This document shows, one piece after another, positions 1 through 7,327 of a stretch of 24,736 bases of DNA. Positions within the stretch are counted from its first letter, which is position 1, and every line of letters begins with the position of its first letter. The stretch is from a virus. A program made the position numbers and the translations under genes. The stretch lies in IMG/VR virus record IMGVR_UViG_3300047462_000172. One strand, written 5' to 3'. The notes under the pieces were generated by a model, which was given only the letters and a program-made list of their open reading frames with translations, ran no database searches and was not told where the DNA came from.

Positions 1-244
1 AAGCATTCACACCGCTGCAAAGGCAAAGCACCCAGAACGTTATGCATTAATGCAACGTAATCAGGATTTGAAGAGAATGAAGTCAGCTCGCGAAGCATAT
101 GCTGCAGGATTTTTCTCTAAGGATCAAATTATGGGATTGAAGACAGTACCAGGAGCAAGAGAGGATCTTGATCGCTTAACTCCATTTGAGTTTGCGAAGA
201 AGTATCAACTACAATTTACCCATCGAGCCGCGCCAAGTCATTAA
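1..244 (+). CDS. Hypothetical protein, 3' part only (truncated by window start)
   Basis: Frame is open from position 2 (SIHTAAKAKHPERYALMQRNQ...) to TAA at 242-244; overlaps the convergent gene by 29 nt. Confidence 0.6.
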   Translation, partial: SIHTAAKAKHPERYALMQRNQDLKRMKSAREAYAAGFFSKDQIMGLKTVPGAREDLDRLTPFEFAKKYQLQFTHRAAPSH

Positions 245-686
245 GGTACTTAATAAGACCAAATGATTCTCCAAACGTTGGATCTTGCATCGCATTTGGT
301 TGCTGCATATTTCCAGGTGGATTGGATTGTGGCTGTTCGCCTTGACCACTATCTGACTGTTGAGTCATTGCTTCCTGATCTTTTGCCTTCTTAAGTTCAT
401 CAACAACTGGTTGTCCAGCTGAACCAATGCTTAGAGTTTGATCAGGATTCGTCTGAATCATACGTAGCTTAACCAATTGTGCAAACGCTGCTTCAAGATT
501 GTCATCACCAATTTGTTCTTTTTCGAGTTCTTCATCAGGAATATTAATTGCATCTTGTTGCGTGACGGTTCTTCCCTGTTCTTGCATATCAGCAATGTTC
601 AATAAGATTAACTTTTCTGCCTCTGTTGGACGAAAAGTAGCTGGTTGAATATTGCCAATTGGTGTTTCGGTAATCTTTTTTCTCAT
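216..686 (-). CDS. Hypothetical protein with possible winged-helix N-terminal region and Q/P-rich tail
   Basis: 156 aa ORF; TEAEKLILLNI...VTQQDAI...LEAAFAQLVKLRMIQ...LSIGSAG follows a wHTH-like pattern; TAAATA lies 5 nt before the ATG. Confidence 0.65.
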   Translation of the reverse strand: MRKKITETPIGNIQPATFRPTEAEKLILLNIADMQEQGRTVTQQDAINIPDEELEKEQIGDDNLEAAFAQLVKLRMIQTNPDQTLSIGSAGQPVVDELKKAKDQEAMTQQSDSGQGEQPQSNPPGNMQQPNAMQDPTFGESFGLIKYLNDLARLDG

Positions 687-694
687 AGGATTAT

Positions 695-1165
695 TTACTT
701 CTTTGCAACTGGTTGAAATGGAATTACACGACGATGAATCTCGACATTTGGTGAGATTGGCTTGCGTTTACGACGCTTGATACGAATAATTTCAGACATC
801 TCAAAACGTGGAAGAGGACCAATAACACGTGTAACAAATTCAGTATTAAATGTTCGGTAAATCTTACCTGTTTCTGATGTTAAGCCCTTACGAGAGAATT
901 CAACAGAAAGAGGGTGTTCTGTCTTTGAATTTTCATACCACAACGATGCGACTTCAATTACCTTTTCCTCTTTAACGTGTTCAGGTCCGCACAAATCCAA
1001 CACATACAATTTGATACTTTGGTCGTCTGAATTATCAACTATTGACAAAACATGCGCTTTTCTATATTGAATTAACGTAATGAATGGATATCCCTGGTAA
1101 TCGACTGGATGGTCTTCAACAATTAATGGAACAGCTCCTGCTCGAGATTTCTTCTTTACCGCCAT
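695..1165 (-). CDS. Phage hypothetical protein with basic C-terminus
   Basis: 156 aa ORF with AAGGA SD upstream; YPFITLIQY...IVDN segment resembles a conserved large-phage hypothetical family (from recall); ends with KRRKRK. Confidence 0.75.
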   Translation of the reverse strand: MAVKKKSRAGAVPLIVEDHPVDYQGYPFITLIQYRKAHVLSIVDNSDDQSIKLYVLDLCGPEHVKEEKVIEVASLWYENSKTEHPLSVEFSRKGLTSETGKIYRTFNTEFVTRVIGPLPRFEMSEIIRIKRRKRKPISPNVEIHRRVIPFQPVAKK

Positions 1166-1192
1166 TGTGATTCCTTATTATAGTGATATGGT

Positions 1193-1209
1193 TATTTAGA
1201 CAATAAATA
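1193..1209. promoter_or_regulatory. Divergent pair of T4-late-like TAAATA elements
   Basis: TATTTA at 1193-1198 (TAAATA on - strand) and AATAAATA at 1202-1209 lie between divergent genes. Confidence 0.5.
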
Positions 1210-1230
1210 CACCACATTACGAGGAACCCA

Positions 1231-2376
1231 TTGATGGCTGGCAAAAAACTTAAATTTCTTGGATCGCTTCTTGAATTTGCATCAGGTGCATTGCCTGATT
1301 CATTTTCTGCTCAAGTATTGAGTCAAGTACCAAATGAACGAGATGACGAAGAACAAGACCCTGATTCTTTGTTAAGAAAGAAGCTTGAAACAATGTTGGG
1401 TACCGTAGAAGAACCAAATGATCAAATGTCAGACGAAGACAATGATCAACGTTTGTTCTCTATTCTCAAAGGCTTCCTTGGACATAACGAAGAGGGTCCA
1501 CATGATGATCATCCAGCAGAAGTAGATCACGACGAATTAAGAGATATTGGTCCATATCCTACTAATGATGATCCAACAGATGCACCACACGATGGTGAAG
1601 TAGCAGATGAAAAACATTCAGACGAGAAGCATAATCAACTACTTAGTGCTATTAACGATCTTCGTCAAGAATTACAGGATATGAAATCCGGTCAATCTCA
1701 ACCACAATCAAAGTGGAAAATTACACGCGATGATGGTGGCGAAGAGGAAAACGAAGAATCTTACGAAGAAGATGAACAGGAAGATACCAAACAAGCTCGT
1801 GCCCGCCAAATGTTTACCGCATTGGTTAATCAAGGAATGCCACGTCAAGATATTATTGACCAGTTCATGAAGAACATTGGAGTTACAAATTCAACTGCAA
1901 CTTCATACTACCAACGCCTCGCAAAGGAAGCAGGACTTACAACTTCCGGTGATCGAGAAGCACCAGCTGGTGGTGCACCTCCAGGACTTGGTTCTGCAGC
2001 AGGAATGGATCCATCAGTAATGGCTAATGGTGGAGGTGCTGGTGGCGAACAAGGTATGGAAATGATGCCACAAGAACCTGAAAGTAATATCGATGGTTTT
2101 GAAGTTGAAGGTGATCCAGATAAACAAGGATTGATTCGTACCGTTAAAGGTGCACACTTGGTATACAAACGAAAGAATGAAGAAGGTACCTATGATGAGT
2201 TGTGGGTATTTTCAACAGGTGATGATATAAAGAATACACTAGAAGTTCGCCGTGCAATCCTTGCAGGCACAGATATCCCACCTCGAGCCCTTAAATCAGA
2301 AAACGGTCAACAATCGTATACCCTAACATCGTTAGGAAACGGACAGATCCTACATATCAAAGGTTTACCAAACTAA
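1231..2376 (+). CDS. Acidic low-complexity phage protein with one helical HTH-like module and a globular C-terminal domain; possibly virion-associated
   Basis: 381 aa, D/E-rich; module TKQARARQMF...RQDIIDQFMKNIGVTNSTATSYY; C-terminal DPDKQGLIRTVKGAHLVYKR...YDELW; GAGG SD; start TTG 1231 or ATG 1234. Confidence 0.8.
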   Translation: MMAGKKLKFLGSLLEFASGALPDSFSAQVLSQVPNERDDEEQDPDSLLRKKLETMLGTVEEPNDQMSDEDNDQRLFSILKGFLGHNEEGPHDDHPAEVDHDELRDIGPYPTNDDPTDAPHDGEVADEKHSDEKHNQLLSAINDLRQELQDMKSGQSQPQSKWKITRDDGGEEENEESYEEDEQEDTKQARARQMFTALVNQGMPRQDIIDQFMKNIGVTNSTATSYYQRLAKEAGLTTSGDREAPAGGAPPGLGSAAGMDPSVMANGGGAGGEQGMEMMPQEPESNIDGFEVEGDPDKQGLIRTVKGAHLVYKRKNEEGTYDELWVFSTGDDIKNTLEVRRAILAGTDIPPRALKSENGQQSYTLTSLGNGQILHIKGLPN

Positions 2377-2379
2377 CCC

Positions 2380-2408
2380 TTGAACCTCGATCTGCAATAA
2401 TATATAGT
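2380..2408 (+). promoter_or_regulatory. sigma70-like promoter
   Basis: TTGAAC (2380-2385) N17 TATAGT (2403-2408), followed by AAGGAG SD. Confidence 0.7.
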
Positions 2409-2421
2409 AAAGGAGCAATGT

Positions 2422-2703
2422 ATGGTGAAGAAGGTTTCAGTTGAACAAGTTACAGGCGCGGTTAATGTTAGTGGGGACATTACACCTATTACTCGTCAAC
2501 CAATTGATAAAGTAAACGCCGAAGGATGGAACAATATGACCGTTTCAGAACTTCACCAACAAAGAGAGATTCTGCAACGCAGATATTGGCAAGCAATGGG
2601 TGCTGGTCTTGTCGGTGGTGCAAGTACGATCGATCAAGGTATTAAGATAATTGATATGTTGCTCGAATCAAAAGGTGGAAATGACACGTTAGGATTTCTA
2701 TGA
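2422..2703 (+). CDS. Hypothetical protein
   Basis: 93 aa ORF after promoter and AAGGAG; ATGA overlap with next gene. Confidence 0.75.
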   Translation: MVKKVSVEQVTGAVNVSGDITPITRQPIDKVNAEGWNNMTVSELHQQREILQRRYWQAMGAGLVGGASTIDQGIKIIDMLLESKGGNDTLGFL

Positions 2704-2981
2704 GTTTGGTCAAAAGTGCTCTTGTTGAAGAATTCAAAATATTGGCTATGAAAGCGTTGGAATTTCGAAACGAAATCGCAACTGCAAAAACATACCTAAA
2801 GAAGGAAATCTTCAAAAAGAAGTTAAGAGAAAACAATATAAAAGCAGCGGAAGTTCTTAAGGCAATGCAGAAAGTTGCAAATGCCGAAGATGCCAATAAA
2901 GTTGCTGGAGCGAAGGATGAAACACTTGATGCAGAGAGGCGAACTGAAACGCCGACTCACGAATCAGCATCTTTGGAATGA
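2700..2981 (+). CDS. Hypothetical helical/coiled-coil protein
   Basis: 93 aa, K/E-rich; ATGA-coupled to upstream gene. Confidence 0.65.
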   Translation: MSLVKSALVEEFKILAMKALEFRNEIATAKTYLKKEIFKKKLRENNIKAAEVLKAMQKVANAEDANKVAGAKDETLDAERRTETPTHESASLE

Positions 2982-3357
2982 AGGTAGTGTTCCCAAACAA
3001 TACCAACAAGACGAAGAAGAGACAGTTCAGATTCATATTATAACGCTTCGAGCGTATTTATCTGAACTTGCAACGGTTAGAGCGTTAGACGAAGGGATAG
3101 ATGACTTTGGAAAACTCACAGCACGAGTTGATGAGTTATTAATGACAGAGTTGAACGATGCGAAAGAGTTTGTTGAAGTAAACGATAACTTTATTCGTGT
3201 TGGTATCAACTGTAGATTGATTGACGATAATGCAGTATTGCAAGCCTTTGAAATGGTGGGTAAACTTAACTCACTAAAACCAGGCACAATGATTGAAATC
3301 GGACAGTTGGTACACATCTATGAAAGTAAAATTGAACGGATCAAGCGAACCAATTAA
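2917..3357 (+). CDS. Hypothetical protein
   Basis: In-frame ATG at 2917 preceded by GGAG (2907-2910), preferred over the track start at 2875. Confidence 0.65.
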   Translation: MKHLMQRGELKRRLTNQHLWNEGSVPKQYQQDEEETVQIHIITLRAYLSELATVRALDEGIDDFGKLTARVDELLMTELNDAKEFVEVNDNFIRVGINCRLIDDNAVLQAFEMVGKLNSLKPGTMIEIGQLVHIYESKIERIKRTN

Positions 3358-3994
3358 AAAAGTTCGAGCACTTCAGAAACAATTTAGCAAGTTCTATAAT
3401 AAGACAATTATGGAACTTCATCACATAGCAGTCCTTGCTGGTGGTGCGCTTCGTGATAATTATATGGATAAGAATGATGAAATTAACGACAACGATATTT
3501 TTATTCACGATATGTCATACGACACAGATCAAATAGAAAAAATAATTGAAGAAGTCTTTCCACGAAACGATAGTGTAGTTCAATTATTTAATAACGAATA
3601 CCAAACACTCGAAGAACAACATAACGACCATGGTGATGCAAAACCTGGATGTCATTCATTGATTGGTGATGTTTGGGAAGTGGATGAAGATGATTTTGTG
3701 TACCAATTAATCTTTACCAAACGACTGCCTGAAGAACACATCAACAAATATTTTGATATTGGGTTTTGTAAAACCTATTGTGATGGAATAAAAATAAGGT
3801 ACACGGACGATTTCCTTCGCGATGTTCGAAATAAAACAATGACAATTGTTGGTGATGATATGAAGAAAGAGCAAGTAATGTATGCAATCGATTACCATGC
3901 TAATAAACTATTGTGGAAGTACCAAGATTTTCGCCTTGTCGTACCCCAAAGATATCAACAATTTGTAGCAGATGAAGGTTATCCAACCTTTTAA
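3320..3994 (+). CDS. Nucleotidyltransferase (tRNA nucleotidyltransferase/poly(A) polymerase head-domain-like)
   Basis: AVLAGGALRD...NDNDIFI (GG-x-x-RD plus DxD) and a downstream FDIGFCK; ATG at 3320. Confidence 0.75.
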   Translation: MKVKLNGSSEPIKKVRALQKQFSKFYNKTIMELHHIAVLAGGALRDNYMDKNDEINDNDIFIHDMSYDTDQIEKIIEEVFPRNDSVVQLFNNEYQTLEEQHNDHGDAKPGCHSLIGDVWEVDEDDFVYQLIFTKRLPEEHINKYFDIGFCKTYCDGIKIRYTDDFLRDVRNKTMTIVGDDMKKEQVMYAIDYHANKLLWKYQDFRLVVPQRYQQFVADEGYPTF

Positions 3995-3999
3995 TTGAG

Positions 4000-4028
4000 T
4001 TGAATTTCTCTCGTTGTTCTCATATAAT
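4000..4028 (+). promoter_or_regulatory. sigma70-like promoter
   Basis: TTGAAT (4000-4005) N17 TATAAT (4023-4028). Confidence 0.8.
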
Positions 4029-4053
4029 AAAAGAACAACTATAAGAGGTATTC

Positions 4054-4653
4054 ATGCTCGTAGCAATTTCAGGTGCTCAAGGATCAGGCAAATCAACAGT
4101 TCTTTCTGAACTAGCCAAGATCGGATACAAAACAATCGAACGTAAATCAGCACGATCTGTAATGACTGAAAAATTTCCTGGAATGAAGCTAGATGATATC
4201 TACGCTGATCCAAACATTGCTGTTCGTTGGCAAGAGGCAATCCTTGAACGAAAGATTTTTGATGAAACGTCTGCAATCCATAGTAAAGAACTTTGGTTTA
4301 CTGAACGCACATACGCTGACCTTTTTACGTATGCTGTAATGGCAATAGGAAAGAATAACCTTTGGAGTGATTGGTTAGATGATTACTACCAGCGTTGTTG
4401 GGATAACAACAAACTCTACCACCACACGTTCTACCTAACAAGTGGACATTTTAATCCAGTTCCTGATGGTGTTCGTGGAATCAACAAACATTATCAGGCT
4501 ATGATAGACAATACATTACAACGTATATCGTTTGATATGTTAACAAACCGAGATGAAGCAAAGTTTGATATGACACACGTTCAAGTTAAAGACATTAACC
4601 AGCGTGTGGAGTTAATCCAACATAAGCTATTGAAATTAAAGGAAGAAGAATGA
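4054..4653 (+). CDS. P-loop nucleoside/nucleotide kinase-like protein (AAA_28/NadR-kinase/thymidylate-kinase-like)
   Basis: N-terminal Walker A GAQGSGKST; TERTYAD motif; ATGA-coupled to folE2. Confidence 0.75.
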   Translation: MLVAISGAQGSGKSTVLSELAKIGYKTIERKSARSVMTEKFPGMKLDDIYADPNIAVRWQEAILERKIFDETSAIHSKELWFTERTYADLFTYAVMAIGKNNLWSDWLDDYYQRCWDNNKLYHHTFYLTSGHFNPVPDGVRGINKHYQAMIDNTLQRISFDMLTNRDEAKFDMTHVQVKDINQRVELIQHKLLKLKEEE

Positions 4654-5684
4654 CAAAAAGACACAACGATTACTCCAAACACATGCCTCATCTTAATTTC
4701 GAATACGATTCGGAATACTATCCAGATGATACAAGCCTCCCTGATCCACAAATTGATCCATTTATTCCAGGATCACAAATTAAGTTGGATAAGGTTGGCG
4801 TAACAGGAGTTGACCTTCCGATGATCTTCCTTCGTCGTGATGGAACGAAGCAAGAACTGCACGTTAAGGCATCATTGTATGGATCGTTGGATAATCCAAA
4901 AGCAAAGGGACTTAACCTTTCACGATTTCCAATCATTATGCACGAAGAGATTGCAAACCACTTGACATTTGATGCTCTAAAAGGTGTTCTTAATCGATTG
5001 CAAGCAAAACAAGGATCCAACCACGTTTATTGCAAACTTCGTTTTAAGTATCCATGGGTACAAGAAGCACTCCGTACTCGCAAAGAGGTTAATCCAAACA
5101 ATTATCCAAACACGCCTCAAGGTAATTACGATTTAGAAGAAGCCACGGATATGATTGTTGAAGGTGTTAGGTTAAGCCACGAGAAAATGGTTGGGTATAT
5201 TTTCTACGATTGTATGTTGGAAGGTCAATGGCATAAAGGAAAGTACAAGTTTTTCTTGACTGTTGAATACATCTATTCTTCAACGTGTCCATGTTCATTT
5301 GAACTTGCACAAGATGCAACAACTCGTCGTGGTAAGGCTGCAAATGGACATTCACAACGCAGTATTGGTCGTATTACTGTTCAGTTTGATCCTGATAAGG
5401 AAATTGTTTACATTGAAGACATTATTGAAATGGCACGTAAACAAGTACCAACAGAAGTCGTCATTATTTGTAAACGTCGTGATGAACAAGCATTCGCCGA
5501 ACTGAATGGTTCTAATCTTCTCTTTACTGAAGATGCATCACGACTGTTGTATCAAGGATTGGACCAAATGTATGATCAAGGTAAGATTCAAGATTTCAGT
5601 ATCGTTACTGAACACATCGAGAGTCTCCATCCCTGGAGTGCCACAGCAGTGGTAAGTAAGGGCTTAACAGGAGGATTACGTTAG
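4650..5684 (+). CDS. folE2: GTP cyclohydrolase I type B (FolE2/MptA family)
   Basis: LDKVGVTGVDLP, GLNLSRF, SSTCPCS, HSQRS, KRRDE, NLLFTEDASR and HIESLH motifs. Confidence 0.93.
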   Translation: MTKRHNDYSKHMPHLNFEYDSEYYPDDTSLPDPQIDPFIPGSQIKLDKVGVTGVDLPMIFLRRDGTKQELHVKASLYGSLDNPKAKGLNLSRFPIIMHEEIANHLTFDALKGVLNRLQAKQGSNHVYCKLRFKYPWVQEALRTRKEVNPNNYPNTPQGNYDLEEATDMIVEGVRLSHEKMVGYIFYDCMLEGQWHKGKYKFFLTVEYIYSSTCPCSFELAQDATTRRGKAANGHSQRSIGRITVQFDPDKEIVYIEDIIEMARKQVPTEVVIICKRRDEQAFAELNGSNLLFTEDASRLLYQGLDQMYDQGKIQDFSIVTEHIESLHPWSATAVVSKGLTGGLR

Positions 5685-5694
5685 AGGTAGAGTA

Positions 5695-6018
5695 ATGAAA
5701 CTCATTAAGCGTCGAATGCAGATTGAGTATAAGGAAATTTCTGAAACGGCTTGGCTTGAAGCGTATGTGAAGTATCTTCAAACATATCCAATGCGCCTAT
5801 CGCGTCCAACAGAACACGATAAGCACATTCACGATTTGCAATCGTTTAAGTTATTTGCCGCTAATATTTGGCATCCAATTGCTGAAGTTGCTCAACAGAC
5901 AGAATCTGAAGAGAAATTTATTGAACGAGCAACAAAAATTGAATCGAAAGAAGAATATACTGACCTTCAGTTTATTGCAAATGATCTTGGTGAGATAGTT
6001 AGTTGTGTATTATTTTAG
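5695..6018 (+). CDS. Hypothetical protein
   Basis: 107 aa ORF with GAGG SD. Confidence 0.65.
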   Translation: MKLIKRRMQIEYKEISETAWLEAYVKYLQTYPMRLSRPTEHDKHIHDLQSFKLFAANIWHPIAEVAQQTESEEKFIERATKIESKEEYTDLQFIANDLGEIVSCVLF

Positions 6019-6026
6019 GAGCAAAA

Positions 6027-6206
6027 ATGTTTAAGAGACTGAACAGGTGGTATGATTCTCTAAAAGAACCTTGGAGATTTGGGGTACTAGCTTTGTTGGT
6101 ATCTGTTTATAGTATTGGGTTATATTCTCATAATCTTATTGGAATGACAATAGGTGCTCTAACCCTGTTGTTTACGTGTACTTGGGGGATATCTCGTATT
6201 CCTTAG
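6027..6206 (+). CDS. Small membrane protein (two TM helices)
   Basis: ATG 6027 after AGGAG; two hydrophobic segments. Confidence 0.65.
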   Translation: MFKRLNRWYDSLKEPWRFGVLALLVSVYSIGLYSHNLIGMTIGALTLLFTCTWGISRIP

Positions 6207-6215
6207 ATATGAACG

Positions 6216-6243
6216 TTGACACAACCAAAAAACCAACGATAAT
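6216..6243 (+). promoter_or_regulatory. sigma70-like promoter
   Basis: TTGACA (6216-6221) N16 GATAAT (6238-6243); hairpin AAGTGC-TAAC-GCACTT at 6250-6265 near the transcript start. Confidence 0.7.
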
Positions 6244-6293
6244 AGTCCAAAGTGCTAACGCACTTATATAACAAAATAACAGGAGAAATAAAA

Positions 6294-6479
6294 ATGGCAA
6301 CTTCAATTCTAGCAACAGGTCCACGTGGTTCAACACGTCGTTTCGCATCAGTTCGTGCAGCAGCACGTGCACTTTCAGGAACAGGTTCCGACGCAACAGA
6401 GCGTACACGCAGCGCGATTCGTCGCGTCCTAAGCGCAGGTGGCGGACTTGTTGGTCGTACACGTATTTCACGTCGTTAA
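6294..6479 (+). CDS. Small, highly basic Arg/Ala/Gly-rich protein, probably nucleic-acid binding (NUMOD1-like motif)
   Basis: 61 aa from ATG 6294 with AGGAG SD; FASVRAAARAL motif; strong CGT/GCA codon bias. Confidence 0.8.
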   Translation: MATSILATGPRGSTRRFASVRAAARALSGTGSDATERTRSAIRRVLSAGGGLVGRTRISRR

Positions 6480-6500
6480 TACGATTTGCAATGAACTTAT

Positions 6501-6530
6501 AGAGGAGCTTTGAGCTCCTCTCTTCGTTTC
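6501..6530 (+). terminator. Intrinsic terminator-like hairpin
   Basis: AGAGGAGCT-TTG-AGCTCCTCT followed by pyrimidine-rich CTTCGTTTC. Confidence 0.7.
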
Positions 6531-6536
6531 CGTATC

Positions 6537-6544
6537 AATAAATA
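6537..6544 (+). promoter_or_regulatory. T4-late-like promoter element
   Basis: AATAAATA ending 7 nt before ATG 6552; no SD visible. Confidence 0.5.
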
Positions 6545-6551
6545 GCTGACC

Positions 6552-6752
6552 ATGAGCAAGTTTGGGAACCTAATATTCAGTGTTGGTGAACAAGAAATCA
6601 TACAACGATTGCAAAACGATTTTGGTCAATCGTTTATTCAAGCAGTTGATCTTGTTATTGGGCAGAAGCGTGATGCTGCTGCACTGTACCGCCGTCAAGG
6701 AAATGTAAGACTTGCTGATCAACTACTAAAAGAAATTGGAGATATAAAATGA
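6552..6752 (+). CDS. Hypothetical protein
   Basis: 66 aa ORF, ATGA-coupled to the SOD gene. Confidence 0.7.
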   Translation: MSKFGNLIFSVGEQEIIQRLQNDFGQSFIQAVDLVIGQKRDAAALYRRQGNVRLADQLLKEIGDIK

Positions 6753-7327
6753 CGATTACCTTAATGAAATTACCATATGCAGAAGATGCACTATCTCCAA
6801 CCCTTTCAAAGGAACAAGTAAGTCTTCACTATCACAAACACCACAAAGCTTATGTTGAAAACCTTAATAAGATTATTAAGGATACTGAATTTCAAGGCAA
6901 GAGCGTTGAAGAGATTATGATGAAGGCAGGTTCAGGTCCAATTTTTAACAACTCTGCACAGATTTGGAATCATGATTTTCTTTGGCATTCACTAACACCA
7001 GATTCAAAATTTGAAGAAGACAGTAATCTTGGAAAGAAGATTATTGAGCAGTTTAAGTCTTTGGATGCATTTAAGAAAGAAGCAGAGGAGAAGGCAAAGA
7101 AATTCTTTGGTTCCGGTTGGTTATTTTTATCTGAAAAGAACGGTAAGTTGGTTCTTCATACATTTCGTGATGCACATAATCCACTTACTAAAAAAGAAGG
7201 CAAGCCATTGCTTACAATAGATTTGTGGGAACATATGTGGTACGTATCGTATCCTGCTGAACGAAAGAAGTTTATGGAAAAGATTTGGGATATTGTAAAT
7301 TGGGAGTTTGCTAATAAGAACCTATGA
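6749..7327 (+). CDS. sodB: Superoxide dismutase, Fe/Mn family, Fe-type signature
   Basis: LPYAEDAL, HYHKHHKAY, FNNSAQIWNH (AQ typical of Fe-SOD), FGSGW and DLWEH metal-ligand motifs. Confidence 0.92.
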   Translation: MTITLMKLPYAEDALSPTLSKEQVSLHYHKHHKAYVENLNKIIKDTEFQGKSVEEIMMKAGSGPIFNNSAQIWNHDFLWHSLTPDSKFEEDSNLGKKIIEQFKSLDAFKKEAEEKAKKFFGSGWLFLSEKNGKLVLHTFRDAHNPLTKKEGKPLLTIDLWEHMWYVSYPAERKKFMEKIWDIVNWEFANKNL

